Shown piece after piece: positions 1-9,471 of a DNA stretch of 64,000 nt. Numbering within the stretch: position 1 is the first letter of the stretch; every line of letters begins with the position of its first letter. The translations under genes and the position numbers were made by a program. Under the pieces are notes generated by a model. It had not been told where the DNA came from. It worked only from the letters and a program-made list of their open reading frames with translations, and did no database searches. The stretch is taken from positions 151,707 to 215,706 of the forward strand of contig CAVZIO010000007.1 in the NCBI GenBank assembly GCA_963775415.1, in the 5' to 3' direction. Origin of the DNA: an uncultured Gammaproteobacteria bacterium. Its GTDB lineage: Bacteria > Pseudomonadota > Gammaproteobacteria > Steroidobacterales > Steroidobacteraceae.

Positions 1-9
1 TAAACGACT

Positions 10-291
10 TTGAAGTACCTCAAGTGCATTTGCCTGCCGTTCCTCATCCAGGCGGCAATCACCTACGCCATCATCAGCGCCAGCTCGGGTGGTGGATCAT
101 TCGTCGGGCTGGGGGCAATGCTGTTTGCCGTAATCGGGATTCCGGCAACCGCGATCGTCAATTTCTCCCTGATCAAGGCGAAACCGGCGGCAAGCAATTC
201 CGCGCATTTCGTCCGGTCGCTCCTCGTGTCGCTGCTCCTGCCCCTCGCCCAGTTGGGACTTCTCGTCGCAGTATCGGCGTTCAGGCTCTAG
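10..291 (+). CDS. small integral membrane protein (hypothetical)
   Basis: 93-aa ORF with a TTG start directly after an in-frame TAA at 1-3. Two or three hydrophobic helices and high GC3. No family recognised. Confidence 0.5.
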   Translation: MKYLKCICLPFLIQAAITYAIISASSGGGSFVGLGAMLFAVIGIPATAIVNFSLIKAKPAASNSAHFVRSLLVSLLLPLAQLGLLVAVSAFRL

Positions 292-301
292 GACAGCACG
301 C

Positions 302-709
302 GTGAAATTGCAGGGCGGATGTCTTTGCGGCGCGATGCGCTACGAGATCGACGGCCCCCTCTATGACGTGGGCAACTGCCACTGTTCGATGTGCCGGCGG
401 TTTCATGGGGCCGCGTTCGCGACTTACGCCAAGATCGACGTCGCCCATTTCCGCTGGCTCGCGGGCCAGGAACTGATGAACGTCTACGAAACATCGCCAG
501 GGATTGGCTGGGCCTTCTGCCGGGTCTGCGGGTCCAGCCTGGGCGTTCCAATGGACGGGAAGCTCTGCGACCTGGCGATTGGCCTGCTCGACAAGGATCC
601 CGGCGTCCGCCCCACCGAACACATCTTTGTCGGTTCCAAGGCGCCCTGGCACGAGATCACCGACGACCTGCCGCAGTACGACGCGCGGCCACCCTCGAAG
701 ACGCAATAA
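302..709 (+). CDS. GFA family protein (glutathione-dependent formaldehyde-activating enzyme-like, CENP-V/GFA zinc domain)
   Basis: Translation has GGCLCGAMRYE, CHCSMCRR and FCRVCGS Cys clusters typical of the GFA fold. GTG start. Confidence 0.85.
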   Translation: MKLQGGCLCGAMRYEIDGPLYDVGNCHCSMCRRFHGAAFATYAKIDVAHFRWLAGQELMNVYETSPGIGWAFCRVCGSSLGVPMDGKLCDLAIGLLDKDPGVRPTEHIFVGSKAPWHEITDDLPQYDARPPSKTQ

Positions 710-738
710 GGAGTGGGCCTTTCGCACCACCTGGTTGC

Positions 739-1167
739 TTGATTCGAATTGCACGCCAGTCTGATGCCGCCGCCCTCGTTGCGGCCAACCCGGCCGCTGC
801 GACCAGCCTGGTCGAGCGGCATGCAGGCCTGGTGTATGTCGCCGAGGCGGACCGCTCGGTCGTCGGCTACCTGGCGCTGAAAAACGAAGCCCACCCCGCG
901 GTCGAGAGCCGAATACCGCTCCAGCTCTGGCAGATCTACGTCGTTCCGGCATTCCACGGCACTGGAATCGCAGCGGAGCTCATGACCACTGTTTTCGAGC
1001 ATGCGCGCCAGCACTCGCACGATGTGGTCTGGCTCGGCGTGTCGGAGCACAATGCGCGAGCCATCTCCTTTTACCGAAAGCACGGCTTCACGCCGCTCGG
1101 CCTTCACAAGGTCGGTACCGGCCACCACGAACACGAAGACGTCCTGATGACCTGCCCGGTGAGTTGA
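739..1167 (+). CDS. GNAT family N-acetyltransferase
   Basis: C-terminal part of ORF 391..1167: QIYVVPAFHGTGIAAELM ... ARAISFYRKHGF (acetyl-CoA binding motif A/B). TTG at 739 is the likely start. The upstream part of the ORF overlaps the GFA gene in another frame. Confidence 0.8.
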   Translation: MIRIARQSDAAALVAANPAAATSLVERHAGLVYVAEADRSVVGYLALKNEAHPAVESRIPLQLWQIYVVPAFHGTGIAAELMTTVFEHARQHSHDVVWLGVSEHNARAISFYRKHGFTPLGLHKVGTGHHEHEDVLMTCPVS

Positions 1168-1661
1168 TGTCCAGGATCCACGCAAGCGGGAGCGATGCCG
1201 TGAATGCTACGAACACGAAACGATCGGTACTGGGGATTGTTCTCGGCGGCGGCATCGCCGCAACGCTCGACATCGTCTACGCCGTTCTCCGCAATGCCGG
1301 CTTCGGCAGGCCGCCCCTGTGGACGCTTCAGTCGGTCGCAAGCGGCTGGATGGGAAATGACGCCTTCACGAGCGGCGTGTTCGGCGGAGTCATCGGCCTG
1401 ATTTCGCATTACGGGATCATGTTCGTCGCCGCCGCGGTTTATCTCGTGGCCAGCCGCAGCTTCCCGATTCTACGGTCGCGCGCCATTGTGTGCGGCGCCC
1501 TCTTTGGAGTGCTCGCCTATCTCTTCATGAACTTCGTGGTCATACCTCTTTCCGCGTTTCCGTTCGACCTTCCCTATCCGCTGCGCAGGCTGCTCGAAGG
1601 CTTCGTGTCCCATGCGTTACTTGTGGGCATCCCGATCGCGCTCGCGATCCGCAGGACCTAG
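1167..1661 (+). CDS. integral membrane protein (hypothetical, about 4 TM)
   Basis: ORF 1164..1661. ATG at 1167 shares one base (A1167) with the GNAT stop (TGATG). Several hydrophobic helices and high GC3. Confidence 0.65.
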   Translation: MSRIHASGSDAVNATNTKRSVLGIVLGGGIAATLDIVYAVLRNAGFGRPPLWTLQSVASGWMGNDAFTSGVFGGVIGLISHYGIMFVAAAVYLVASRSFPILRSRAIVCGALFGVLAYLFMNFVVIPLSAFPFDLPYPLRRLLEGFVSHALLVGIPIALAIRRT

Positions 1662-1665
1662 TGGC

Positions 1666-2067
1666 GTGTTGAAGACCTATCACGGCAGCTGTCACTGCGG
1701 CGCAGTCAGGTTCGAGGCGGATCTCGACCTGACTCAGAGCACTTATCGCTGCAATTGCTCCATCTGCCGAAGGACCCGCTTCTGGCCCGCCATCGCGCGA
1801 CCGGAAGGGTTTCGCCTGCTGTCCGGCGAGGCCGAACTGACCCAGTACCTGTTCAACAGCCGCAAGAACCAGCACTACTTCTGCAGGCATTGCGGGGTGC
1901 GCGCCTTCGGCATCGGAACTGAAACGCCCATCGGCAAGATGTACGGCGTCAACCTCGGCTGCCTGACCGATGTCACCGACGAGGAGCTTTCGCGCCTCCC
2001 GATCACCTACGTCGACGGCCGCAACGACCAGTGGCAAAGCGCGCCTGCGTTTTTCTCTCACCTGTAG
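1666..2067 (+). CDS. GFA family protein (second paralog)
   Basis: YHGSCHCGAVRFE, CNCSICRR and FCRHCG motifs. GTG at 1666 is in frame within ORF 1612..2067. Confidence 0.85.
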   Translation: MLKTYHGSCHCGAVRFEADLDLTQSTYRCNCSICRRTRFWPAIARPEGFRLLSGEAELTQYLFNSRKNQHYFCRHCGVRAFGIGTETPIGKMYGVNLGCLTDVTDEELSRLPITYVDGRNDQWQSAPAFFSHL

Positions 2068-2088
2068 TCCGGTGGCCTTGGTAGTTTG

Positions 2089-2586
2089 ATGAGCAAGTTC
2101 GCACTCCTGTGGCCAATGGTCGCAATGCTGGCGACCTCTGCCTGTAACAAGGCTCCGGCCCCGCCGACGCCCGCACTCGTCGGCGCCTGGCGCTCGTCGA
2201 TCCAGTTCGAGTCCGGCGCCTTTGCTCCCATCCAGGACCTCGAGTTCATGTACGTGTTCAACGCGGGTGGCACGATGACCGAGTCTTCGAACTACGACGC
2301 GGCGCCGCCGGTGCCCCCCGCTTACGGCGTCTGGCGGGAGGTCGGTTCCAACGAGTTCGAGGCGAAGTACGAGTTCTTTGCGACCCAGCCCTCGGAGCCG
2401 GAGGCATTCCAGAAGGGTGCGGGCTGGCTTCCAGCGGGCCGAGGCGTGATTACGGAGCGAATCACCCTCGCGGCTGACGGGCAGACATTCACTTCCACAA
2501 TCCGGTACGACGCCTTCAATGCGAAAGGTGAATCCATCGAGGGCGGCGGCGCAGCCAGGGGGCGCGGCAATAGAATCGGCTTCTGA
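2089..2586 (+). CDS. lipoprotein (hypothetical)
   Basis: Signal peptide with lipobox LATSAC. No family recognised. ATG at 2089 (TTG at 2086 also possible). Confidence 0.7.
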   Translation: MSKFALLWPMVAMLATSACNKAPAPPTPALVGAWRSSIQFESGAFAPIQDLEFMYVFNAGGTMTESSNYDAAPPVPPAYGVWREVGSNEFEAKYEFFATQPSEPEAFQKGAGWLPAGRGVITERITLAADGQTFTSTIRYDAFNAKGESIEGGGAARGRGNRIGF

Positions 2587-2611
2587 TGCCAAATCCTTGA
2601 GGGGTGGCCCA

Positions 2612-3296
2612 GTGAATGACAAATCCGTACTGACGTCACGTCGTGAGGTACTCGGCGCCGCGGTCGCGGTCGGCGGCCTCGTGGCCGCCACGCCGCTGCA
2701 GTACGCCCTGGCGGCAACCGCCACGTTTACGCCAAAGCAGACAATGGGCCCGTTCTATCCCGTTGACGCGGCCCCTCGATTCCGACGCCGATCTCACGGT
2801 CGTGCAAGGCCAGGCGGGCCGCGCGCAGGGGAAGATCGTTCACTTGATGGGCCGAGTCCTCGACCAGAATGGTGCGCCGGTTCGCAACGCGACAATCGAG
2901 TTGTGGCAGTGCAATTCCCACGGCCGCTACGCGCATCCGGCGGATGTCAATCCTGCGCCGCTCGATCCCAACTTTCAGGGCTTTGGTGCGCAGGCGACGA
3001 ATGCCGGGGGCGAATACCGCTTCAAGACGATCAAGCCGGCCGCTTATCCGATCGGTCCGATGAATCCGAACGCGATCCGCACGCCGCACATTCACTTCGT
3101 CATCGCGGGTGCGAACACGCGCCTCGTCACGCAGATGTACTTCCCGGGCGAGCCTGAGAATGGTCGCGATCTCATTTTCGGCGACCTGACCGCCCAGGAG
3201 CGAGTCGCGGCAACGGCGAGCATCCTGCCAGCCGCAGCCGACATGGAGCCCGATTCCCTCCTCGCGCGCTGGGACATCGTGCTGCTCGCGGGGTGA
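2612..3296 (+). pseudogene. Tat-exported intradiol ring-cleavage dioxygenase (protocatechuate 3,4-dioxygenase beta-like), frame disrupted
   Basis: N-terminus in the frame of ORF 2519..3157 (SRREVLGAAVAVGG Tat signal, TMGPFYPVD). The rest is in ORF 2643..3296 (DSDADLT, WQCNSHGRYAHP, RTPHIHF). The frames join at the C4 run 2772-2775. Confidence 0.8.
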
Positions 3297-3766
3297 AACT
3301 CGAACGCTTTGACGATTCCCGTCTGCCGGAACTGATGACGTGGTTCCCGGACAAGACCGCGCTTCAGACCTGGGGCGGCCCGGAATTCCGGTTTCCATTC
3401 ACGGAAGCGACCTTCCGCGAGGACGCAAAGCTCGCGAGCCTGCCGACCTGGGCGCTGATCGAGGACGGCGGCGCATTCGCTGCATTCGGCCAATGCTACA
3501 TACGGGTCGGGCGTTGCCACTTCGGCCGTCTTGCGGTCTCCCCCACGCTGCGCGGCCGCGGATTCGGCACGGCACTCATCCGCGACCTTGCGCGCTGGGG
3601 CACAGCCGAATTCGCGACCGATTCCCTGTCGCTCTTCGTTTCTGCCGACAACGTCCGCGCCAGGGACCTCTATCGGCGGCTGGGTTTCTTCGAACTCCCC
3701 TATCCGGATCCGTCGTTCCCGACGCACGATTTCATCTATATGGTCGCGACGAGGCTCACGCATTGA
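3293..3766 (+). CDS. GNAT family N-acetyltransferase
   Basis: RLAVSPTLRGRGFGTALI and ARDLYRRLGF motifs. The GTG start overlaps the dioxygenase stop (GTGA). Confidence 0.85.
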   Translation: MKLERFDDSRLPELMTWFPDKTALQTWGGPEFRFPFTEATFREDAKLASLPTWALIEDGGAFAAFGQCYIRVGRCHFGRLAVSPTLRGRGFGTALIRDLARWGTAEFATDSLSLFVSADNVRARDLYRRLGFFELPYPDPSFPTHDFIYMVATRLTH

Positions 3767-4078
3767 CCCTCGCGGATGTGCGACGGATGGCGATGAAGCT
3801 GCTCGGCTCAACCGAGTCGCCGCACCACCAGTACACGTCGTTTCGTGTGCGCGGCCGGATCTATGCGACTGCGCCGCTCGAAGGCGGGTTGCTCCACGTA
3901 TTCGTCGACGAACAGGACCGCGATCGCATGACCGTCGCTTTATCCAGCCGTCTACCAGAAGCTCGGCTGGGGAAAGAAGACCGTCGGCCTCCGGATCGCG
4001 CTCGACGCTGCAAAGCCGGAAGATGTACAGGCGCTCCTTCGCGCAGCCTGGCAACGGAAACTTCCCGGGAAGAAATGA
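3763..4078 (+). pseudogene. MmcQ/YjbR family DNA-binding protein, frame disrupted
   Basis: N-terminus LTLADVRRMAMKLLGSTESPHHQYTSFRVRGRIYA in frame 1. C-terminus LYPAVYQKLGWGKKTVGLRIALDAAKPEDVQALLRAAWQRKLPGKK in frame 2, ending at TGA 4076-4078. The frames join near the T3 run 3939-3941. TTG start overlaps the GNAT stop (TTGA). Confidence 0.7.
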
Positions 4079-4503
4079 GGCTCTGGACGCTCCACCCGCA
4101 ATATCTCGATGCGAAGGGCCTCGTCGCGCTGTGGCGCGAGGCGCTGCTCGCGAAGGCCGTGCTTCGCGACGAGACCCGCGGCTACCGCCATCATCCCCAG
4201 CTCGCGCGCTTTCGCGCACATGCGTCGCCCCGCCTGGCGATCAATGCGTATCTCTCGGCCGTGCACGCAGAGGCGACGGCGCGCGGCTATGCGTTCGACC
4301 GCGGCAAGATCGGGCCGCTGCGGACACTCGCCCCGATCGCCGCGACGAGCGGCCAGATCGCATATGAGCGGCAGCACCTGATGCGAAAGCTCTCCGTGCG
4401 TGACGCTGCGCGGCATCGCCAGTGGAGCGGCGCGAAAACCCTGAAGTGCCATCCGCTTTTTCGATGCGTTCGCGGGCCCGTCGCCGCCTGGGAGCGGCCG
4501 TGA
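4075..4503 (+). CDS. pyrimidine dimer DNA glycosylase / DNA-(apurinic or apyrimidinic site) lyase (DenV/Pyr_excise family)
   Basis: MRLWTLHPQYLDAKGLVALWREALLAKAVL...GYRHHPQLARF is characteristic of the Pyr_excise family. ATG overlaps the upstream stop (ATGA). Confidence 0.8.
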   Translation: MRLWTLHPQYLDAKGLVALWREALLAKAVLRDETRGYRHHPQLARFRAHASPRLAINAYLSAVHAEATARGYAFDRGKIGPLRTLAPIAATSGQIAYERQHLMRKLSVRDAARHRQWSGAKTLKCHPLFRCVRGPVAAWERP

Positions 4504-4961
4504 ATGCCGTCATTCGCCCGCTGACAAAGGGCGATATTCCCGGCCTGCTCCGGCTCGTCGAGGAGTACTGGACCTTCGAGGACATCGCCGGATTCGACCC
4601 GACGCGTGTCACGAAGGAACTCGAGCGGCTGCTTGCCGATCCCGCGCTCGGCAGCGGCTGGATCGCGTGGGCCGGGCATGACGCGGCGGCCTATCTGATT
4701 GCCGTCTATGTCTTCAGCCTCGAACACCTCGGCCTGACCGCCGAGATCGACGAGTTCTTCGTGCTGCCTTCGTTCCGTGGCCGCGAAATCGGATCGGAAT
4801 TGTTGCAGGTGGCCGAAACCGAGTTCATCCGGCGCCAGTGCACCAATGTCTCGCTCCAGCTCGCTCATGAGAACGACCGCGCCCGCGCGTTCTACCGCCA
4901 GAACGGCTACGGCGAACGCGCCGGCTTTGAACTGCTGGACAAGATGCTGCCGCGCGCCTGA
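4500..4961 (+). CDS. GNAT family N-acetyltransferase
   Basis: FFVLPSFRGREIGSELL and ARAFYRQNGY motifs. The GTG start overlaps the previous stop (GTGA). Confidence 0.85.
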   Translation: MNAVIRPLTKGDIPGLLRLVEEYWTFEDIAGFDPTRVTKELERLLADPALGSGWIAWAGHDAAAYLIAVYVFSLEHLGLTAEIDEFFVLPSFRGREIGSELLQVAETEFIRRQCTNVSLQLAHENDRARAFYRQNGYGERAGFELLDKMLPRA

Positions 4962-4984
4962 TCAGGAAGTCCGGAGGGATAGCG

Positions 4985-5443
4985 ATGCAGAAGGTAACAA
5001 CCCGCCCCGCCGAAGCGCGGGATCTCGACGCGATTGCCGCCCTCTTCGACGCCTACCGGCAGTTCTACGAAAAGCCCGCCGATCTGCCGCTCGCGCGGCA
5101 TTTCATCAGCGAGAGGTTTCAGCGCAAAGAGTCCGTGATCATCGTCGCCGCGGACTCGACCGGCAAACCGGTCGGCTTTACGCAGCTGTATCCCGCATTC
5201 TGCTCCGTGCTCGCCGACCGGACCTTTGTTCTCTACGACCTGTTCGTCGCGCCGGCCGCGCGCGGCAGCGGCGCAGGCCGCGCCCTGATGAAGGCCGCCG
5301 AAGCGCATGGTCGAAATACCGGCGCCGCGCGTCTCGAGCTCAGCACAGCGCACACCAATGTGATCGGACAATCGCTTTACGAGTCCTGCGGCTGGGTGCG
5401 GGACAATGCGTTCTGCGTCTACACGAAGACGCTCAAGGACTAG
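4985..5443 (+). CDS. GNAT family N-acetyltransferase
   Basis: LFVAPAARGSGAGRALM and GQSLYESCGW motifs. Complete 152-aa ORF. Confidence 0.85.
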   Translation: MQKVTTRPAEARDLDAIAALFDAYRQFYEKPADLPLARHFISERFQRKESVIIVAADSTGKPVGFTQLYPAFCSVLADRTFVLYDLFVAPAARGSGAGRALMKAAEAHGRNTGAARLELSTAHTNVIGQSLYESCGWVRDNAFCVYTKTLKD

Positions 5444-5553
5444 CCGGTACGCTGTCCTCACCCATTCACCTTTTGAATGCCGGCCCACTACTGGAAAGAA
5501 TGTCCCGGTGGGTACATCATCCCGCGCCTGGCCGAAGAGTACGGGAGATCAAA

Positions 5554-7083
5554 GTGAAAAAAGTGCGAATACTCGCCGCATTGGCCGCAATGGTTGCGAT
5601 GCCGATGCTGGCAGCAGCCCAGAACAGCAAGCCGAACATCCTCGTCATCTGGGGCGACGACATCGGCGGCTTCAATATCAGCGCCTATAACCAGGGCGTG
5701 ATGGGCTACAAGACGCCGAACATCGACGGCCTAGCCAAGGAAGGAGCGCTCTTCACCGACTGGTACGGCCAGCAGAGCTGCACCGCCGGACGCGCGGCCT
5801 TCATTACCGGCCAGTCACCAATCCGCACCGGCCTCACCAAGGTCGGCCTGCCCGGCGCGCCCGAGGGCATGAGGAAGGAAGACCCGACGATTGCGACGCT
5901 CTTGCGCGCGCAGGGTTACGCGACCGGCCAGTTCGGCAAGAACCACCTCGGCGACCGCGACGAAATGCTGCCGACGGCACATGGCTTCGACGAGTTCTTC
6001 GGAAACCTCTACCACCTGAACGCGGAACAGGAGCCGGAGAATCCGGATTATCCACGGAGCCCGGAATTCAAAAAGAAGTTCGGTCCACGCGGGGTCATCC
6101 ACAGCTTTGCTGACGGCCGCATCGAAGATACCGGCCCGCTGACGATCAAGCGCATGGAAACGATCGACACCGAAGTGACCGAAAGGACGCTCGCCTTCAT
6201 GGAGCGTGCGAAGAAGGACGGCAAGCCGTTCTTCATCTGGTGGAACTCGACCCGCATGCACATCTGGACTCACCTCAAGCCTGCTTCCGTGGGCAAGACC
6301 GGACTCGGCGTGTATCCGGACGGCATGGTCGAGCACGACGGCCACGTCGGCCAGGTGCTCGCGAAGCTGAAGGAACTCGGCCTCGACCAGAACACCATCG
6401 TCATGTACTCGACCGACAACGGCGCCGAGGTCATGAGTTGGCCCGACGGCGGCACGACGATGTTCCGCGGCGAGAAGAACACGAACTGGGAAGGCGGCTA
6501 CCGCGTGCCGGCCATCATTCGCTGGCCCGGCGTCATCAAGCCCGGCACGATCATCAACGACATCGGCGCGCATGAAGACATGTTGCCGACGCTGTTAGCT
6601 GCCGCGGGCGACAAGTCGGCAGTAGATGACATCAAGAAAGGCCGCAGCATCGGCGGCAGCAACTACAAGGTGCATCTCGACGGCTACGACCTCGGTCCGG
6701 CGTTCCGGGGCGAGGCGCCATGGCCACGCAAGTCGTTCATCTACTGGACGGATGACGGCAACGTCGCCGCCCTGCGCTACGACAGCTGGAAGATGGTCTT
6801 CATGGAACAGCGTGGCCACGGCTTCGAAGTCTGGCAGGAGCCGTTCGTGACGCTCCGCTTGCCCAAGCTGTTCAACCTCCGAGCCGACCCCTTCGAGCGG
6901 GCGGACCACGAGGGCATGGGCTACCCGACCTGGCGAATCGACCGCGCGTTCCTTATCGCGCCGGCGGGCGCCTACGTCGCCCAGTGGTTGCAAAGCTTCA
7001 GGGACTTCCCGCCGCGCCAGAAGCCGGGCAGCTTCAACCTCAACCACGTGATGGAAGCGGTGAGCAAGCCTGCGAACAACTAA
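5554..7083 (+). CDS. arylsulfatase (Cys-type, formylglycine-dependent)
   Basis: Signal peptide, then NILVIWGDDIGG and the sulfatase signature SCTAGRAAFITG (C-x-A-x-R at 5779-5793), then GKNHLGD and YSTDNGAE. GTG at 5554 is preceded by GGGAG. The part of ORF 4777..7083 upstream of 5554 overlaps two GNAT genes and is not coding. Confidence 0.9.
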   Translation: MKKVRILAALAAMVAMPMLAAAQNSKPNILVIWGDDIGGFNISAYNQGVMGYKTPNIDGLAKEGALFTDWYGQQSCTAGRAAFITGQSPIRTGLTKVGLPGAPEGMRKEDPTIATLLRAQGYATGQFGKNHLGDRDEMLPTAHGFDEFFGNLYHLNAEQEPENPDYPRSPEFKKKFGPRGVIHSFADGRIEDTGPLTIKRMETIDTEVTERTLAFMERAKKDGKPFFIWWNSTRMHIWTHLKPASVGKTGLGVYPDGMVEHDGHVGQVLAKLKELGLDQNTIVMYSTDNGAEVMSWPDGGTTMFRGEKNTNWEGGYRVPAIIRWPGVIKPGTIINDIGAHEDMLPTLLAAAGDKSAVDDIKKGRSIGGSNYKVHLDGYDLGPAFRGEAPWPRKSFIYWTDDGNVAALRYDSWKMVFMEQRGHGFEVWQEPFVTLRLPKLFNLRADPFERADHEGMGYPTWRIDRAFLIAPAGAYVAQWLQSFRDFPPRQKPGSFNLNHVMEAVSKPANN

Positions 7084-7106
7084 CGTCGCATCAGGCTTGG
7101 TTGGAC

Positions 7107-8237
7107 GTGAATAAGCGGATTGGCATTGCGCTTGTCGTGATCGGCGTCGCCGCCGGCGTCACGTTCGCCCTCCTCCTGCGCCAGCAGAATTCACCGGAAC
7201 CGGAAACCACCGTCACGGAGGCAATGCCGGCCGCGCAGGCGTTCGCAACCACGGTCGCGAACGCAGCCGCGGCGCCGGGCGAACCGCCAGACGGCATGGT
7301 CTGGATCCCCGGCGGCGAGTTTTCCATGGGGGCCGTCGATCCGCTCGGCCAGGACGCCAACATCGTCGGCATGCAGGCGACCGAGGATTCGCGGCCGATC
7401 CATCGCGTGTACGTGGACGGCTTCTGGATGGAGAAGACCGAGGTCACGAACCGGCAATTTGCGGAGTTCGTGAAGGCGACGGGCTACGTCACCGTCGCCG
7501 AGCGCAAGCCTCGGGCAGAGGATTTTCCGGGCGCGCCGCCCGAGAACCTCGTCGCCGGCTCGGTCGTCTTCACGCCGCCCGCTCATGCCGTACCGCTCGA
7601 CACGCATTTCCGCTGGTGGTCCTATGTCCAGGGCGCGGATTGGCGCCATCCGGAAGGTCCTGGAAGCGACCTGAATGGACGCGACTCCTATCCCGTCCTG
7701 CACATCGCCTACGAAGACGCCGAGGCTTATGCGAAGTGGGCCGGCAAGCGCCTGCCGACCGAAGCCGAATGGGAGTTCGCCGCGCGCGGCGGCTTGAGCG
7801 GAATGGTCTATCCCTGGGGCAACGAGTTCATGAAGGACGGCCGTTTCCTGGCAAACACGCACCAGGGGCATTTCCCGGATCAGGACACGCACGCGGATGC
7901 GCACGGCGGCGTTGCGCCGGTCGCGCAATTCCCGCCGAACGACTATGGCCTGTACGACGTCGCCGGCAATGTCTGGGAATGGACCAGCGACTGGTACCGG
8001 CCCGATTACTACGCCGAGCTTGCGAATGCCGGTGTCGCGCGGAATCCCGGGGGGCCGGATTCCTCGGTAGATCCCAGCGAACCGGGCGTGCAGAAACGCG
8101 TGCACCGGGGCGGTTCGTTCCTCTGCACCGAGCAGTACTGTTCGCGTTACATGGTCGGCACGCGCGGCAAAGGCGAGCCTTCCACCGGCACGAATCACCT
8201 CGGCATCCGGCTCGTGAAGGCGCCCACAACTCCCTGA
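7107..8237 (+). CDS. formylglycine-generating enzyme family protein (SUMF1/FGE-sulfatase domain), membrane anchored
   Basis: N-terminal TM helix, then MVWIPGGEFSMG, RPIHRVYVDGFWM, NVWEWTSDWY and HRGGSFLC motifs. It lies directly downstream of the sulfatase. Confidence 0.9.
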   Translation: MNKRIGIALVVIGVAAGVTFALLLRQQNSPEPETTVTEAMPAAQAFATTVANAAAAPGEPPDGMVWIPGGEFSMGAVDPLGQDANIVGMQATEDSRPIHRVYVDGFWMEKTEVTNRQFAEFVKATGYVTVAERKPRAEDFPGAPPENLVAGSVVFTPPAHAVPLDTHFRWWSYVQGADWRHPEGPGSDLNGRDSYPVLHIAYEDAEAYAKWAGKRLPTEAEWEFAARGGLSGMVYPWGNEFMKDGRFLANTHQGHFPDQDTHADAHGGVAPVAQFPPNDYGLYDVAGNVWEWTSDWYRPDYYAELANAGVARNPGGPDSSVDPSEPGVQKRVHRGGSFLCTEQYCSRYMVGTRGKGEPSTGTNHLGIRLVKAPTTP

Positions 8238-8341
8238 CGACTGGCCGCCGTTCGTCGCCGGAAAGGCGCAGTCCATTCCGTGTTTTCCGCCGCCCGTCGC
8301 GCCGGGCTGCGAATTCGCCCGATTACCGGCAACAATCAATC

Positions 8342-9469
8342 ATGAGAATCAAACGGATCCTGGGCTGGACCGCCCTCGCCATTCCGCTCGTCCTGTTTGC
8401 GGCGCTCTGCATCGCGTACTGGACCTCGGACAACACCTGTAGCGAAAACGGCCGTGCACCACTGCGCGATCCGGTCAAGGCCATTGTCTACTGCGACTAC
8501 GGGCCGCCGGACGTCCTCAAGCTGGTGGACATCGAGAAACCGGTTCCCGCCGACGACCAGTTGCTCGTCAGGGTGCACGCGGCGGCGGCCAATCCGCTCG
8601 ACTGGCATTACATCCGGGGCACGCCCTACGTCATGCGGCTCGGAACCGGCCTGCGCAGGCCGACGGAACTGAGGCTCGGCGTCGATTTCGCCGGCACCGT
8701 CGAGGCGACCGGAAAGAGTGTCACGCGCTTCAAGCCCGGAGATGAGGTCTTCGGCGGACGCACCGGGGCCTTCGGGGAGTACGTCGTCGTCCGCGAGAGC
8801 GGGGCGATCGCACTAAAGCCTTCGAACCTCACGTTCGAACAGGCCGCCGGCGTGACTATCGCGGCGGTCACCGCGTTGCAGGCCTTGCGCAGGGCGGGCG
8901 TCGGCCCGAATACCCGTGTGCTGATCAACGGTGCGTCCGGTGGCGTCGGCACCTTTACCGTCCAGATCGCGAAGTCGATGGGAGCCCACGTCACCGGCGT
9001 GTGCAGCACGCGGAACATCGAACTGGTTCGCTCCCTCGGAGCCAACGATGTCATCGATTACACACGGCAGGATTACACGAAGGGCGACCTCCAGTTCGAC
9101 GCGATCATCGACAACGTCGGAAATCACGGCTTCTTGGCGAATCGCCGCGCACTCGAGCCGGATGGCGTGTACGTCAAGATTGGCGGGGGCGGACCGGACG
9201 CCGGCCGCTGGGTCGGCCCGGTGCTGAGTTTCGCGAAGGGCCCGCTCCTGAAACCGTTCATATCGCAGGACATGAGCGTTCTCCTCGCCCGCTTGACCGC
9301 CGAAGACCTCATGGCGCTCGGCGAGCTCATGCAGGCGGACAAAGTCACGCCAATCATCGATCGACGCTACACACTGAATGAAGTGCCCGATGCCATCCGG
9401 TATCTCGAGACTGGTCGTGCACGCGGCAAGGTCATCATCACGCTGGAGCAATCCAGCCCCGGAGTCTGA
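8342..9469 (+). CDS. NAD(P)-dependent alcohol dehydrogenase / quinone oxidoreductase (MDR superfamily) with N-terminal TM anchor
   Basis: ATG at 8342 within ORF 7616..9469. VLINGASGGVGTFTVQIAK Rossmann motif and GKVIITLE C-terminus. Confidence 0.85.
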   Translation: MRIKRILGWTALAIPLVLFAALCIAYWTSDNTCSENGRAPLRDPVKAIVYCDYGPPDVLKLVDIEKPVPADDQLLVRVHAAAANPLDWHYIRGTPYVMRLGTGLRRPTELRLGVDFAGTVEATGKSVTRFKPGDEVFGGRTGAFGEYVVVRESGAIALKPSNLTFEQAAGVTIAAVTALQALRRAGVGPNTRVLINGASGGVGTFTVQIAKSMGAHVTGVCSTRNIELVRSLGANDVIDYTRQDYTKGDLQFDAIIDNVGNHGFLANRRALEPDGVYVKIGGGGPDAGRWVGPVLSFAKGPLLKPFISQDMSVLLARLTAEDLMALGELMQADKVTPIIDRRYTLNEVPDAIRYLETGRARGKVIITLEQSSPGV

Positions 9470-9471
9470 AC

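Noticed and set aside
1540-2724. 394-aa ORF on the minus strand. Many similar long antisense ORFs occur elsewhere: 3092..4219, 9788..10954, 12605..13651, 14242..15315, 16760..17821, 48949..50193, 58536..59759, 63122..63973 and the plus-strand 50733..51728.
   Set aside because: They lie antisense to, or out of frame with, genes that have clear family motifs. They translate to Arg/Ala/Gly/Pro-rich low-complexity sequence and have poorer third-position GC. These are typical shadow ORFs of a GC-rich genome with few stop codons.
4777-5553. N-terminal 259-codon extension of the sulfatase ORF 4777..7083
   Set aside because: It overlaps two GNAT genes in other frames. The signal peptide, GTG and GGGAG RBS at 5554 define the real start.
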